Of a stretch of DNA of 64,000 nt, positions 1 to 12,579 are shown piece after piece. Numbering within the stretch: position 1 is the stretch's first letter; every line of letters begins with the position of its first letter. The stretch spans positions 21,142,001-21,206,000 of the forward strand of contig NC_043012.1 in the NCBI RefSeq assembly GCF_006345805.1. The letters run 5' to 3'. The stretch comes from Octopus sinensis. Lineage: Eukaryota. The notes beneath the pieces are model-generated. The model searched no databases. It worked only from the letters and a program-made list of their open reading frames with translations, and was not told the DNA's origin. Both the position numbers and the translations under genes were made by a program.

Positions 1-643
1 ATATATATATCTGTGTGTGTTTTTGTGAGTATATTTGTGCCATAGTCCCAAAGCTTGGTTTGTTTACATCCACCGTAACATAGCGGTTCTATAAAAAACA
101 CCGGTAGTACGAATACCAGAAGTACTGAGGGGTTATCGTTTTGATTAAAAGCTTTAATGGCAGTGTCCCAGCATGGCTGCTGTCCAATAACTGAAATGGT
201 TAAGAAATAAATATATTTCGTTGGAACTTTTTAAAATTATTTTAAATGTAAACATTCAGAAAAAATTCTTTAAAAATATATTACACTGTTTTACTTATCG
301 GGTTTCATGTATACTAAAAATTACTTTTCAAGACATTTGTGCATTAGTATAATTGTTCTAAAACATCGAATTATAGTTTTTAAAATCTTGCATGCAGACA
401 TTCCTACACACTCTTGCGGTACAGCGTTTGACAGGAATTGATAAACGGTTTCTAATTTCATCAAAGAAGAAATAGTGCGTTTTGGGAACTCACAGAAATG
501 GTATTTGTGACGTCCATGTTTCAACAATACATTAATGATGTCGAAGATGAGGAAAATGTCTACAACAGAGACTGGGTTATAGTTTTAATTTTGGAGGTCA
601 TTACTGTTGGAAAAAGAGACTCACCAGGCTTAATAAATATATA

Positions 644-990
644 AAGAAGAACACTCAGAGAACGCAAACATCCTCCAAGGCAACACCAACATCCTCTCGA
701 CGAATAACCAGAAAGGATTTTTAAAATGAGAATATCTGAAATATACTCGACTGCTCTCACAATCGAGAATACTAAAAATGAATCCGATCCCTCTCAAAAA
801 TTAAGAAAAATAAACAGGAAAAAATAATCCAGAATCCTTGTCCGGTACCGGATCAATCCCAAAAGCTAATCAGTTCGTGCCAATTACGAGGCCAAACATC
901 CCTGAAAGTTTCATCTGAATCCAGCCAGTGGTTCTTGAGATATCTTGTCCACGGACAAACAAACAAAAACAACTGAAAACAATACAGGTA
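644..990. mobile_element. HINE/Helentron-like non-autonomous element fragment
   Basis: Starts AGAACACTCAGAGAACGCAAACATCCTCCAAGGC and ends with AAAGTTTCATCTGAATCC...CAAACAAAC..GAAAACAATAC, resembling DINE-1/HINE-type elements; recognised by pattern only. Confidence 0.4.
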
Positions 991-999
991 CTAAAATAA

Positions 1000-1450
1000 T
1001 CCTTTCTACTAAAGGCTCAAGGCCTGAAATTCTGGGGCAAGGAGGCCAGTCGATTACATCAACCCCAGTGCATAACTGGTACTTATTTCATCGACCCCGA
1101 AAGGACGAAAGTTAAAGCTCGACCCGTGGAATTTTAACTTAGAACATAACGAAAGAGGAAATGTCGTAAAGCAGAGCGAAACAATGCCAACTGTTCCGTT
1201 TCCATCGACAGAATAAATATACCTGGCAGTTTCCATCGCTGAAGAGCCTGCAGTGACTTATATGGGTGTGATCTAAACTCATTGTAAAAGGGTAAAATCG
1301 ATACAAATTTAACCAATATTCTTTTCTATTCTAGGCACAAGAACCGAAATTTTGGGGGAGGGGGTCAGTCGATTAGATTGACCCCAGTACGCAACTGGTA
1401 TTTAATTTATCGATCCCGAAAGGATGAAAAGCAATGTCGACCTCAGCAAA
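1000..1450 (-). mobile_element. Two truncated SINE family A copies (about 1000-1155 and 1321-1450)
   Basis: Both carry CAGTCGATTA..ACCCCAGT..AACTGGTA..TATCGA.CCCGAAAGGA.GAAA. Confidence 0.7.
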
Positions 1451-1998
1451 AATACACTTAACCAATATATTGTCCAAAGTAATCTACAAAGGAAGAAAAA
1501 CAACATTCGAATGTCAAAATCCATTCTTTCATTTTGCCTTAAATATATTTGAAAGATATGTATATTGGCCAACAAGACACTTGGCCAACGTGCTACACTG
1601 TGGTGCTGAATCGGAATCCTAGTGGTTGCAGAGCGAGCCCCTAAACCACTCAGCAATGCCTGCACTTATATAGGGTTTACTTTGGAGGTGTCTATGGATT
1701 GGTAGTTCTTAGCTAGAACTAAATCCAGTACTTATATGCTTATACAATATCCGCTTACAGCTGTAGTGTATCCTCTGATTTGATATTTTGAACCATTATA
1801 AACACAGGAAATGGCGTCGGAAGGGCAGAATCGTTAAAGTGTCGAACAAAATATTTCAAGATATCTCTTGTTCTTTTCATTTAAAGTTCAAATCACAGCC
1901 GAGCTAGATTTTGCCTCTCATCCATTCGAGTTCGATTAAATATACATATCTTTCAAATATAAGGATCGATAAACTAAACCAGTGCTAATGTAAAGAAA

Positions 1999-2371
1999 TC
2001 TCTCTATATATAAACGGCAGTTTGTCTGTCTGCGTGTCTGTGTGTCTGTTAGGTTGTACCCTCACTCTGATCACGGCTTTCAACCGATTCTGATGAAACT
2101 TGACACAAACATAGCCCAATGTCATAATTCAAAACTAACGCAGCGAAAATTTTGAAAAGTTCCCCCAGTTCTGAAAAAAAATCGATAAATTCGATATGGG
2201 GTCGAGAATCATAAACGCAAACCACAGACTGTCTAGGGGACGCAACTCGACCTTTTTAACTCTCAAAAAAATTTACCATAATTTTTTTTCAATTTTTTGG
2301 CTATAACTCTCTAAAAATGCTTTATAGTTATTTCCCTTACAAACCCGAGCAACGCCGGGCGATACTGCTAG
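1999..2371 (+). mobile_element. Non-autonomous Helitron, 373 bp
   Basis: 5' TC, GC-rich hairpin CCCGAGCAACGCCGGG at 2344-2359, 3' CTAG, inserted between A and T; second copy at 27865-28247. Confidence 0.9.
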
Positions 2372-2705
2372 TTATTGTTAAAACTGGGAAGTACGTATGA
2401 TGAGATCAAACTACTGATTCTCATATTTGGGTAACTTTCACTTACTTTCAAAAACATCGTGTTTAAAAAACAAATGCAAACCAGTCAAAAATCGAAAAAT
2501 TAAAAATATGACGTGTTTCTTTCTTTTGCGTCAAAATATTTTTCACTAAATTTTCTGCAAAATTTCTCGTCTAATTAAATCATCTGCTAATGTTATTTTT
2601 CAGAAAACATTGCTCGAGTGTGTTTGTGTTTGGTTTATTTCTCTTGCCTTCTATTCAATGGTGATTTGTTTGTATCGTTATTCTCAAATATGAGTCTTGT
2701 TTATG

Positions 2706-2737
<32 letters not shown>

Positions 2738-3554
2738 GATGGTAGTGGTGGAAGTAATGCTAGTAGCGGTGCTACTAGTGTCCTCTTTTATTTTATATTA
2801 ATTTCAATTTTTTTGTTGTGTTTTTAACTTTATATTGACATTTAAGACACTCTTTTGAGATTACTACTTCAATGAGTGCCTAACTGTTGTTTGGTAAATC
2901 GTGAAATATTTTCTCTCCAATTTATAATATTAAATTATATACTTGTACTTCCCACCACACGCACATCTACCAATTCGTTATAATTTGATTCCAAAGATAT
3001 TTTTTTCCTTTCAATATTTCTCATTATATGCTTTTGTTTAGCTTTCTACTTCGTTTTTGTCTTTTTTTGTTTTCGTCTCATGTAACCTTTCAAATTACAC
3101 AAAAGTTATAAAAGTACGGACACGAAAGAACGGGGACAGAGAATTAGAGGACTTCTTATGCTACTCTCCACAGAAAAGAAATTGAGAAAACGTGCAGGAA
3201 GCATACGTTTCTTTCTTTTCGTTTTTACCCACTTCAAAAAATATTGGGTCGGTCATTGTGCTCGCTCAACAGAAACCAATGATAGAATACTTGTTGTTGT
3301 TGTTGTTGATGTTGCTACTGCTGCGATTGCTGCTGTTATACTAGTTCTGTTTTGTTTCAGGTCAGTTCTCATCAAGCAGATGAAGTATTCTAGCCAGGAA
3401 CGTTTTATCACTTTAGGTGTATCATAGACCGCATAATCCAATGGGGGTAATTTGAGGGTAGCTAACTTAATATTTCAAGCAAGTTAAACAACAACATAAA
3501 GATCTCTCATTTGAAGATCTATAATCGGTCACTATTAAACCTTTCTGCTCGTAT

Positions 3555-3725
3555 AGGCGCAGGAGTGGCTGTGTGGTAAGTAGCTTGCTTACCAACCACA
3601 TGGTTCCGGGTTCAGTCCCACTGCGTGGCACCTTGGGCAAGTGTCTTCTACTATAGCCTCGGGCCGACCGAAGCCTTGTGAGTGGATTTGGTAGACGGAA
3701 ACTGAAAGAAGCCTGTCGTATATAT

Positions 3726-3763
<38 letters not shown>

Positions 3764-3981
3764 TTGTGTTCTGTGTTTGTCCCCCTAGCATTGCTTGACA
3801 ACCGATGCTGGTGTGTTTACGTCCCCGTCACTTAGCGGTTCGGCAAAAGAGACCGATAGAATAAGTACTGGGCTTCCAAAGAATAAGTCCCGGGGTTGAT
3901 TTGCTCGACTAAAGGCGGTGCTCCAGCATGGCTGCAGTCAAATGACTGAAACAAGTAAAAGAGTAAAAGAGTAAAGAGAGT
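3555..3981 (+). mobile_element. tRNA-derived SINE family B with internal (TA)n(TG)n microsatellite
   Basis: AGGCGCAGGAGTGGCTGTGTGGTAAG...GGTTCAGTCCC..CCTTGGGCAAGT (CORE-like motif)...microsatellite...(GTAAAAGA)n tail; near-identical copies at 21656 and 33315. Confidence 0.9.
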
Positions 3982-4320
3982 ATAACTATGAGAAGCAGCG
4001 TAGTGTAAAAAGAACCTGTTACTCAATCTGGAAAATGTTAGAGGATTTAAGGTTTATTTAAGGAAGACACAAACTGTTTCACTTCCTTCACCAGAAGATT
4101 AGGCGTTCCATTGTCTGCAAGATAGCCAACATGATTGACCGAGAATTGTTCTTAATGAACGAAGGACCAGTTTAATTAGACCCTATCAGATTTCTCTTAA
4201 AATGCTATAATTCATTTAGGAAATTAAATTGATTTACACTTCGATTTTAGAAGACAAGTGACATTAGGTCCCTACTACAGTACGTACCAAATATCAATAT
4301 TATATTATATTATATTATTT

Positions 4321-4552
4321 AGGCGGCGAGCTGGCAGAAACGTTAGCGCGCCGGGCGAAATGCTTAGCGGTATTTCGTCAGACGTTACGTTCTGAGTTCA
4401 AATTCCGCCGAGGTAGACTTTTCCTTTCATCCTTTCGGGGTCGATAAATAAAGTACCAGTTTCGCACTGGGGTCGATGTAATCGACTTAATCCCTTTGTC
4501 TGTCCTTGTTTGTCCCCTCTATGTTTAGCCCCTTGTGGGTAGTAAAGAAATA
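4321..4552 (+). mobile_element. tRNA-derived SINE family A, full length
   Basis: AGGCGGCGAGCTGGCAGAAACG...GAGTTCAAATTCC...GTAGTAAAGAAATA; 13-bp TSD TATTATATTATTT at 4308-4320 and 4555-4567. Confidence 0.9.
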
Positions 4553-4749
4553 TGTATTATATTATTTAAAGTCATATTGCTACTTGATGCCTATTAAATA
4601 TGGTCTCAGAATTTAGATAAAGTAAAAATAGAATTATTCCATTTCAAACTCTTTTTTATTATATGCTATTCTTTACACTTGAAACATTTTAATTCTTAAA
4701 ATAATTTGAAAACATGAGTTGGTACCGGATTGTCGAGAGGTAAACCATC

Positions 4750-7700
4750 CTCGGAAATAAATCATTCTTATAAAGTAACACTTGGAAACAGAAACCCGCA
4801 TCTAAATGTTGGAACTGGTCAGGAGTAATGCAAGAATGTAATTATGGTCCAAAGCGATAAATTTCTAAAGAAATACAGATTCCATCAGCCTTTGTTCCTT
4901 TGGGTATCTCTGACACAGTGTGAGAAAGGACACCTGGCAATGCTACTGCTACTCCTACAATTTGTGACGTAATGTAACGCCTAATTCCTTTATTACGGTC
5001 CAGGGTGTCCTTGCTTTGGTGCTTGAAATAGTACATTCGTCCCAGACGGTCATATGGTGACACGTGGAAAACCTGCGAAGACGTGCATAAATTACACAAA
5101 TCTATTGTACGCTCCTACTCACCCACCGCACACAGACTTGCACAAATGGAAAAACTGTGGTGGTAATATCTAATGGAGTAACTGCAATTATTATGTCTAT
5201 ATATGGGACGACTTTGTCGACCAACTGTTTCATTAGGAATATCTTATGCCTAACATCATGAACATTCCCGCTTCTTTTTTGCCGAACCTTATCAAAAACG
5301 GCAGAATAAACTACCACTTGCTTTGAAGTTTGAGTTCGTTGTTGTTAACACACAATATTATGGTGTCGCTTTTGTATGTCGTGTCTTTCAAACTTTACGT
5401 TGAACAATTATTGTCTACAATTATTGTCGAAGGAAGATGCAATTTTTATATTCTTGGCTACTTTGTCTTTGAGTCTATTGTCATTGTCTCTGAAGGCTAC
5501 ATTGTATTGTGTGATTCAAATCATTTAGCACCGCCTCAAAATGTAGCTTGAAACTATTGACACAAAATTTCTGACAACGTCTCATCCAAGTGGAGATCAT
5601 TCTCCAACGTGCCAGGTGTAAATGTTACCTGAAAGTGGCGTGTTCTGTGCAGCGGAATGTACGAAAACATTAAAATTAATGTGGACCTTGCATTTAATAA
5701 AGATATGATTGGGTTGTAGAATATAAACTGTTTTAATAGCATTGGTAAACCTAATAATATCGTGTTGACCTTCAACATAAACATATTGCCTTCTTCCTTT
5801 CAGTTATTTGAAAAACAAGAGTAATAGGATTGAATGCATGTATAATAGGACAGAATCCATGATAAATCAATACCTTTCGAAAGGGATAAGAACGGGTCGT
5901 CTTGAAACAACTGTGTTGTGCTACTTAGGTCATGTGTTTTATGTTCAGAATTTACTGAAGGGAAATACTCTTGACAGAAGTTTTCAAAGAGAACATTAAG
6001 CTGTTGAATGCTGAAGTATTTTTCATGGTGAGGAAAAGTAAAATGTGTCAGAAAGCTTCGTTAATGCTAATGTATTGTCCTGCAAGAATTGGCTAAATTC
6101 ATTATAAGTGCCTTATCATATCAGATCGCTTGTCGATATATTTGCAGACGAATCTAGTGGGTTTCATTAAACTGCAGGACCCAAAATCGATATGATGTGT
6201 GCATCAACTCCTTTGCTCAAAATTGAACGTTGTGGAACTATCCATTTGTTTCCAATTTCAAGCTGGCAAACAAAGGTTCGGAAGGTTTCATTCTCTGTTC
6301 TCTTCCTCTGTAATATGGGTAGTCATCTTCATCTGTTTAAGTTTCTTTGATAAATGGTCTTGGGAAAAGTTTGAGACATTTGGTGTCTTCCATTAAAGGC
6401 GAATGAATTCCTTGGTGACCTTCAGGAGTTGAACAATATTAAAGAGTTCTTTGTCCTTGCCAGCTTTTGGAAGTGATTCAATCAAAATGTAGAAAGCTCC
6501 GTTTCCAGACCATTCATATATGGCATCTGACCGGTTCAAATGATTTTCATTTAGTAATCAAATTCACCCCTTACTCAGTTTTAAGTGAAAACCTTGGACG
6601 TAAGATCCTGCTCGTTAATTGATTGATCAAAAATGATCTCTTCTTAAATTACTTTCCATTTACGGCTGCAAACTGGAGTAATGAAGGCATGTTTCATTCT
6701 ATCGTGTGTTCCTTCATGCATTCATCGAGAACTACTCGTTAAATTTGAAAGAAGAATACAGAGCTGATTAAGCATTCCTCCGTAAGTAATCATTATTAAC
6801 TGCATTTCATAGATACATGTAAAAGTCTACTCTCATCTTTTCTTTTAGATGTATTAGACTGCATTTACAAAATTGATGGACTAATGCTGGACTTCGATGC
6901 AGGCGTTTGGATAAATTTCATCGACCCATGAAGTGAAAGGCATACACGACAATGATTGAAATGGATTTTGAAGAACAGTATTTGGACTGGGATATTGCAA
7001 AATGATAACCAACTTTTCCATTGATGTAGCGGAGATAATATTGCTTCATGTGATAGGTTTATATGACTCTTTTATATTTTAGACTGTGTTGTCTCTGAAT
7101 AATGTACCTTTTTTCTAAATAGCTTTCCATTCAGAATGACAGCAATGTCACTAAGGAGAAGAGTAGAAATTGCCTCGTTTTCAGCTCTACAACAATGTCC
7201 AGCAAACTGGACTCTCCTACCATTCACAAGAGATGACACAGGTGGTAGTTTCCCATATATTTGCATTTTGGTTGGATGACGCTTCCACGAGAGATTTTGA
7301 CCTCTCATAAGGAGGCGAGTGTAGGTTCCCTCCAACCGCCTCTCAAGCTTCTTTGATAACGTCTAGGTTTCTGAACCATATAGTAGAATCTACTCGCAAC
7401 ACCAGAGGGTGCACACTCTCCTACCCTGATGTAATCTCCAGGGATACAGGCATCCAGAAACAGGACCTCCGTAATGTTATGATGGACCGTGAAGTCTTGC
7501 GTAGCATGGTAAATTCCATTGTCTCGACCACGGTCGAACATTGATGATGATGATGATACTCAGATGAATAAACAACGCTCAATCTCTCCAGACGTCTTCT
7601 ATATAATCAGTATGAAGTTAAAACGCTGAGATAGGTACAAAATCCGAATCACACTTGGAACTCCTGGAAAAACTGTTCTTTGAATTAACCATAACTTAAG

Positions 7701-8300
7701 AAGTATGCCCAACAAAGAAAAAGTACAGAAACCAATAGTCTACCTTTGCGAAGCAACGATGTTTCGCCCTTGAACTTTCAAAATTGTCATGGGTCCTCTT
7801 CTGACAACGCCGACACCAAAGACATTTCTCCAGAATTTCCTGGGTAAATAGTAGCTTTAAGAATCTTAGATCTAAATAAAACGGTTTTTAGAATCAGCCA
7901 TATCTGGGATCATCGATTAAGGTACCACTATACAAAGCTCTTTCGTGTGTCGCTGATACCGACCAGTGCCTTGCCTTGCGCTTTAACATTTTTGTCTGTT
8001 GTAGCGCAGATGTGCTTTCATATCACCTATCTACAGTCAATCTGACAGCATACTTTGAAAGTCAAGTCTGTAATTCATCCAGTGTCTCTAGTTCTCTAGT
8101 TCCAGCCTGTCCAGAAATATCTTATTCTCAGTAATCATCAAATTCTCCTTAAATATCAACTGTTCTGCAAATTAGATTCTTAGTAGTATTAGCTCGCCAA
8201 ATATGTTACCGTTGTTCAATGTTTCTTCTTCCTTAAAAAACACGCTTGACTTTAGGCGAAGAGGACATTCTGTGTGTAAAACATTTTTGATATTGCATTA
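4750..8300 (-). mobile_element. Decayed autonomous Helitron (RepHel pseudogene)
   Basis: Manual translation across stops and frameshifts gives Helitron motifs in the expected order: KFKGETSL..KG (N-terminal Cys region, ~7700), FIT..C..KWK.I...DLTSKVFHLKL (~6600), KCLKLFPRPFIKET..EDDYPYYRGR (~6330), VCKYIDKRSDM (~6130), SINEAF*HI..HEKYFSIQQLNV (~6000), and NKGI...GVAVALPG..SHTVSEIP (Pif1-helicase-like, ~4930). Termini not located. Confidence 0.8.
7153..7557. mobile_element. 5'-truncated RTE-clade LINE with inverted 5' segment, nested in the Helitron
   Basis: 7153-7390 reads on the minus strand ILLYGSET*TLSKKLERRLEGTYTRLLMR...RRVQFAGHCCRAENEAISTLLL. 7388-7557 reads on the plus strand STRNTRGCTLSYPDVISRDTG...MMDREV and ends in a (TGA)n tail. 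Flanking ACT at 7150-7152 and 7558-7560. Confidence 0.9.
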
Positions 8301-9204
8301 TGGATGAAAGCATCATTCGTTTCAAATCCCTTTTTAAAGGGAAAAGTGCATTTGGCCTTGACCATAATTTCGTTTTTACATCAACAAATGCTGAGTTTCC
8401 TAGCTCTGATACAAATCATGCTGATACGACGCGTCTGCTACAGAAAATGAAGTAGCTACTGATTTTAAGACATTTAAACGGCAAGTCTAATTTTAATCGG
8501 TGCCAGTTGCAACTAAATGAATTACATGAATTAAAAACGTAATTTTAAGTTAAAGAGAATTTCAGAAAATGTGATTTTAAATAGAAATTAAATTCCAGAG
8601 TGAAAGAAAAATGCAAAATATTCTTTTTTTCAAATGTGATTATTGTCAGATGAATTCGGATGGCAAAATATGACTGTGTAAGCAAAAAGATTGCTGAAAG
8701 ATAACCGAAAGTAAAAAAAAAATATGAGAAGGGGAGACTGGGTGAGAGAGAAAAGGAAAACAAAAAAGGAAGCGAGACAGAAGGTCGGGTGAGGGGAACT
8801 GAAGGTTGTAATAAAGTGACCGAGATAGAGAAAAATAAATCAATGAAAGAGAGTGATAACAGAAAGAGAAAATATGGAAGAATAATTGTGTTAGTGATGA
8901 AGGAAAGCGGGAGCATAGAACAAAGAGGTAGAGGTACAATGAAAAGGGATTAGTAAAAGGATAAGAGAGTCCGATAAAGAAGAAAGGGAAATTATGAGAG
9001 AGAGAGAGAAAGAGAGAAATGAGAAATTATTAGAGTGAGCGCAATGGAGGAAAAGAAAGAGGGAGGGTTAAACGAGTTCAGTATAGAAGAGGAACAGGCG
9101 ATAGAAAGTGAGAGCGATTCTGCAATGCAAAAATAGCAGAGGAGAGGTGATAACTGCATAGAGAAGGACAAGGCAAGATTAAAGAGTGATGTAGGGTTGT
9201 AAGG

Positions 9205-9514
9205 TTGTTGTTGTTTGTTCTTTGTCGAGTCTCGCCTGTTTCATAAGGGCCGGTTTCTCGGTTTCCTTGGCGTATAGGTTCCACACCTGGACGGAACGCT
9301 GGTCCGTCGCAAGTGAGCTACAAGATGCAGGAGGAAAGAGTGAGAGAAAGTTGTGGCGAAAGGGTCATCAGAAGTTCGCCATTACCTTCTGCCGGAGCCG
9401 CGTGGAGCTTAGGTGTTTCGCTCATAAACACACACATCGCCTGGTCTGAGATTCGAACCCGCGATCCCTCGACTGCAAGTCTGCTGCTCTAACCACTAGG
9501 CCATGTGCCTTCAC
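9205..9514 (-). mobile_element. tRNA-derived SINE family C with V-domain-like module and (CAA)n tail
   Basis: A box TGGCCTAGTGG, B box GGTTCGAATC, GCGACGGACCAGCGTTCCGTCCAGGTG module; perfect 12-bp TSD AGGGTTGTAAGG at 9193-9204 and 9515-9526. Confidence 0.85.
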
Positions 9515-9562
9515 AGGGTTGTAAGGCACGTTTAAAGAATTATGTCCGATTAAACGGTGATA

Positions 9563-9599
<37 letters not shown>

Positions 9600-10135
9600 T
9601 TGGATACACATGCACATACATACACACAAACTTTTCCTGAATATATTCGCAATACGTTTATATTTCTAAGCGTTAGCTGAGCGGTAAGTTGGAGACATTC
9701 CTACGATTTATAGTATTTGGATTTTCATCCAGTATAGTGAAATTCGCCAGGCGAAATCTCATAATAGTGTAAGATGATGACGGCTGAAAAGTAAACCGAT
9801 AAGATATTACAATACAAAAGCAATAAAAAAAATTATATAGAAAAAAAATTCTAATTAATTTTTCAATAACTGAAAATTGATATAATTTATTTCTATTTCA
9901 GAAATTATAACACTTAAAGAAAAAATTCCTTCTATAGACATTTCTATTCCTATTTGATTCTTTCGTTGCAGAGGACCTCTTAAAATTACATCATGGAACT
10001 CTTTCAGGACAAACTAAAAGACAATCTTTTCAAATCTAATTATCGAAATTTTGTGTTTCTATAACAAATTGCATGGCTTGGATTTTAGCCTGATGTTGTC
10101 TACCATTGCAGTTCTCCATGTGTATTTGTATATAT

Positions 10136-10272
10136 AGGCGCAGGAGTGGCTGTCTGGTAAGTAGCTTGCTTACCAATCACATGGTTCCGGGTTCAGTACT
10201 GGGGTCGATTTGCTCGACTAAAGGTGGTGCTCCAGCATGGGCACAGTCAAATGACTAAAACAACTAAAAGAG
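10136..10272 (+). mobile_element. Internally deleted SINE family B
   Basis: Head (to GGTTCAGT) fused directly to tail (ACTGGGGTCGATTTGCTCGACTAAAGG..). Confidence 0.75.
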
Positions 10273-10523
10273 TATATATGTGTGTGTATGTGTGTGTGCG
10301 TGTGTGTGTATGTGCGTGCGCATGTATGTGTATGTATGTACCATTGCATTACTCCGTGTGTGTGTGTGGGTGTCCGTGTGTGTGTGCGTGTGTGCATTTT
10401 ATCGGGGTCTTTTTGTCGAATCACTAAGCAACGAGGAAGGAAACATACCGACTTTTGTTATCACGTGGTGCAGTGGGGACAAACAATCGAATCGAGGCTG
10501 CCTGGATGAGCTAAATTATTACC

Positions 10524-10756
10524 TATTTCTTTACTACCCACAAGGGGCTAAACACAGAGGGGACAAGCAAGGACAGACACACGGATTAAGTCGATTACAT
10601 CAACCTCAGTGCATAACTGGTACTTAATTTATCGAATCCGAAAGGATAAAAGGCAAAGTCGACCTCGGCAGAATTTGAACTCAGAACGTAACGGCAGACG
10701 AAATACGGCTACGCTATTCGCCCGGCGTGCTAACGTTTCTGCCAGCTCGCCGCCTT
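10524..10756 (-). mobile_element. SINE family A, full length
   Basis: Reverse complement of the 4321 element; TTATTACC repeated at 10516-10523 and 10760-10767. Confidence 0.9.
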
Positions 10757-10788
10757 AACTTATTACCGTCACCACGTGAGTCAAGGCT

Positions 10789-10794
<6 letters not shown>

Positions 10795-10852
<58 letters not shown>

Positions 10853-10860
10853 ATCTCTCC
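10795..10860. repeat. (TC)n microsatellite
   Basis: Directly visible. Confidence 0.95.
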
Positions 10861-12194
10861 CCCTCCCCTTACGCACCAAGCACACAGACGGAGATACACA
10901 CAAGCTCGTGGCACGTATGGCAAAATCATTGTATTTAAAAAATAAAATACTCGCGTTATTAAGTTCCGTTTTGGTTGACTCTTCTTATGGCTAATCGATA
11001 TTACGTTTGTAGTCCGACAGAAGTAAGAAAGAAAGTACCAATACTTATTTACTACAGCATGGCTACAATTCATAAAATGTAAGTAGTCAATGAATAATGA
11101 ATGAATAATGAAATAAGTGTGTTGATCTTCATGCTTCAGCAATGAATTGTTCCATTAATCAGGGTGAACCAATTTTACAACCGCCTTCATTTGGCTGAAT
11201 CGATTAAAGTTCTAAACAGTTCGCAATTCCGATTAATTATGTCAGTGACTAATATTATGTGGCAACAAACGTACTTCCAAATAGTTCTTCGACCAAATAG
11301 AAATAGTAACTAAAATCTCCCTTCAATAACCCAACCAACTATCTGAAATGAAATATATTCTACTTATGCACTGCCACTGTAAATCAGCAAATAGTTTATA
11401 TACTAACTGTATATCTTAGTCTAGCGATTTCGACTTCGTTTCGGAAATGACTCGAGGACGCCGTATTGATAAATTGCAACTACAGTGAAATGCAGTATCT
11501 ACTACTTTCACTTGTGGAGCGATTTTGTTTCACCTAGTTCTGAAGTATTGTCTTTTTAAACACTATACGTCTTTAAAAGAGATCTTCGTGGTCGCAAAAC
11601 CGTAGCATCTGGTGTTTAAACAAAACACGTACGTTGAGTAAGTGGTATTGACTATTTTGCTTTATTACAGAATTTAAGTTTATCCTATCCATAATGGAGT
11701 TTTATTAAAGATTTTAAAAATTCTTTGTTGATCTACCGCCCACTTGTTGCTACCTTTAGTGATCTTTTGCCAATCTAAATGTCTCACAAAACTCATTTCC
11801 ACTCCTCTACACATTTATCGCCACATATTCCATTTAGTCAAAACAAGGATATACTCTGATATATGGAAGCAGTGATGAGTTATCAAATTTTATCTGGTCG
11901 GTTTTTAGCATATAGGCCTCTTGCATGGACACCAGCTGAAAATTTGAAGTTAGAAAACAGTCGATTGTATTATCGTAGTACCTGAGTGGCTTTTATTTTA
12001 TAGACCCCGGATAGACCACGTAGCCCCACTCCATTCATATAGATCTGTAACCGTGCGAAGGACTAGTGTGTCGGTCAGAGGGAATGTTGAGGTGTCAGTC
12101 ACTTCTACGCCATGGAAACTGAGTAAACGGGCTAATGAGCCCTATGACTCTAGACAGCAATGACTAGGGATTGCTGCTGCTGCTGTTGTTGTTG

Positions 12195-12555
12195 CTGTTG
12201 AGCGAACGGTATTTGTCCTAGAGCTCGCAAGATGGGAAAAGTCCGAAACGTAGTCCTTTGCTATTGTTAAGACCCGCAGAAGAGAAAGCAGGTCAACCCC
12301 CGACACCGAGAGCATCGACGGATGGATGAATGCGCATCCAGGCTCAGCGGTTGCGTAGAAAGTCGGGGACAAGAAACAGGAAGAAAGAGTGACAGAAAGT
12401 TGGGGCAAAAGAGTACAACAGGGGTCGCCACCACCCCCTGCCGGAGCATCGTGGAGCTTTAGGTGTTTTCGCTCAATAAACACACACAACGCCCGGTCTG
12501 GGAATCGAAACCGCGATCCTCCGCTGCCCTACCCACTGCGCCATTGCGCCTCCAC
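12195..12555 (-). mobile_element. SINE sharing the family C 5' half but with a different 3' half
   Basis: A box TGGCGCAGTGG, B box GGTTTCGATTCC; 23-bp direct repeat TGCTGCTGCTGCTGTTGTTGTTG at 12172-12194 and 12556-12578. Confidence 0.8.
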
Positions 12556-12579
12556 TGCTGCTGCTGCTGTTGTTGTTGT

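Noticed and set aside
3340-3345. ACTAGT as the possible 3' end of the large Helitron
   Set aside because: No subterminal GC-rich hairpin.
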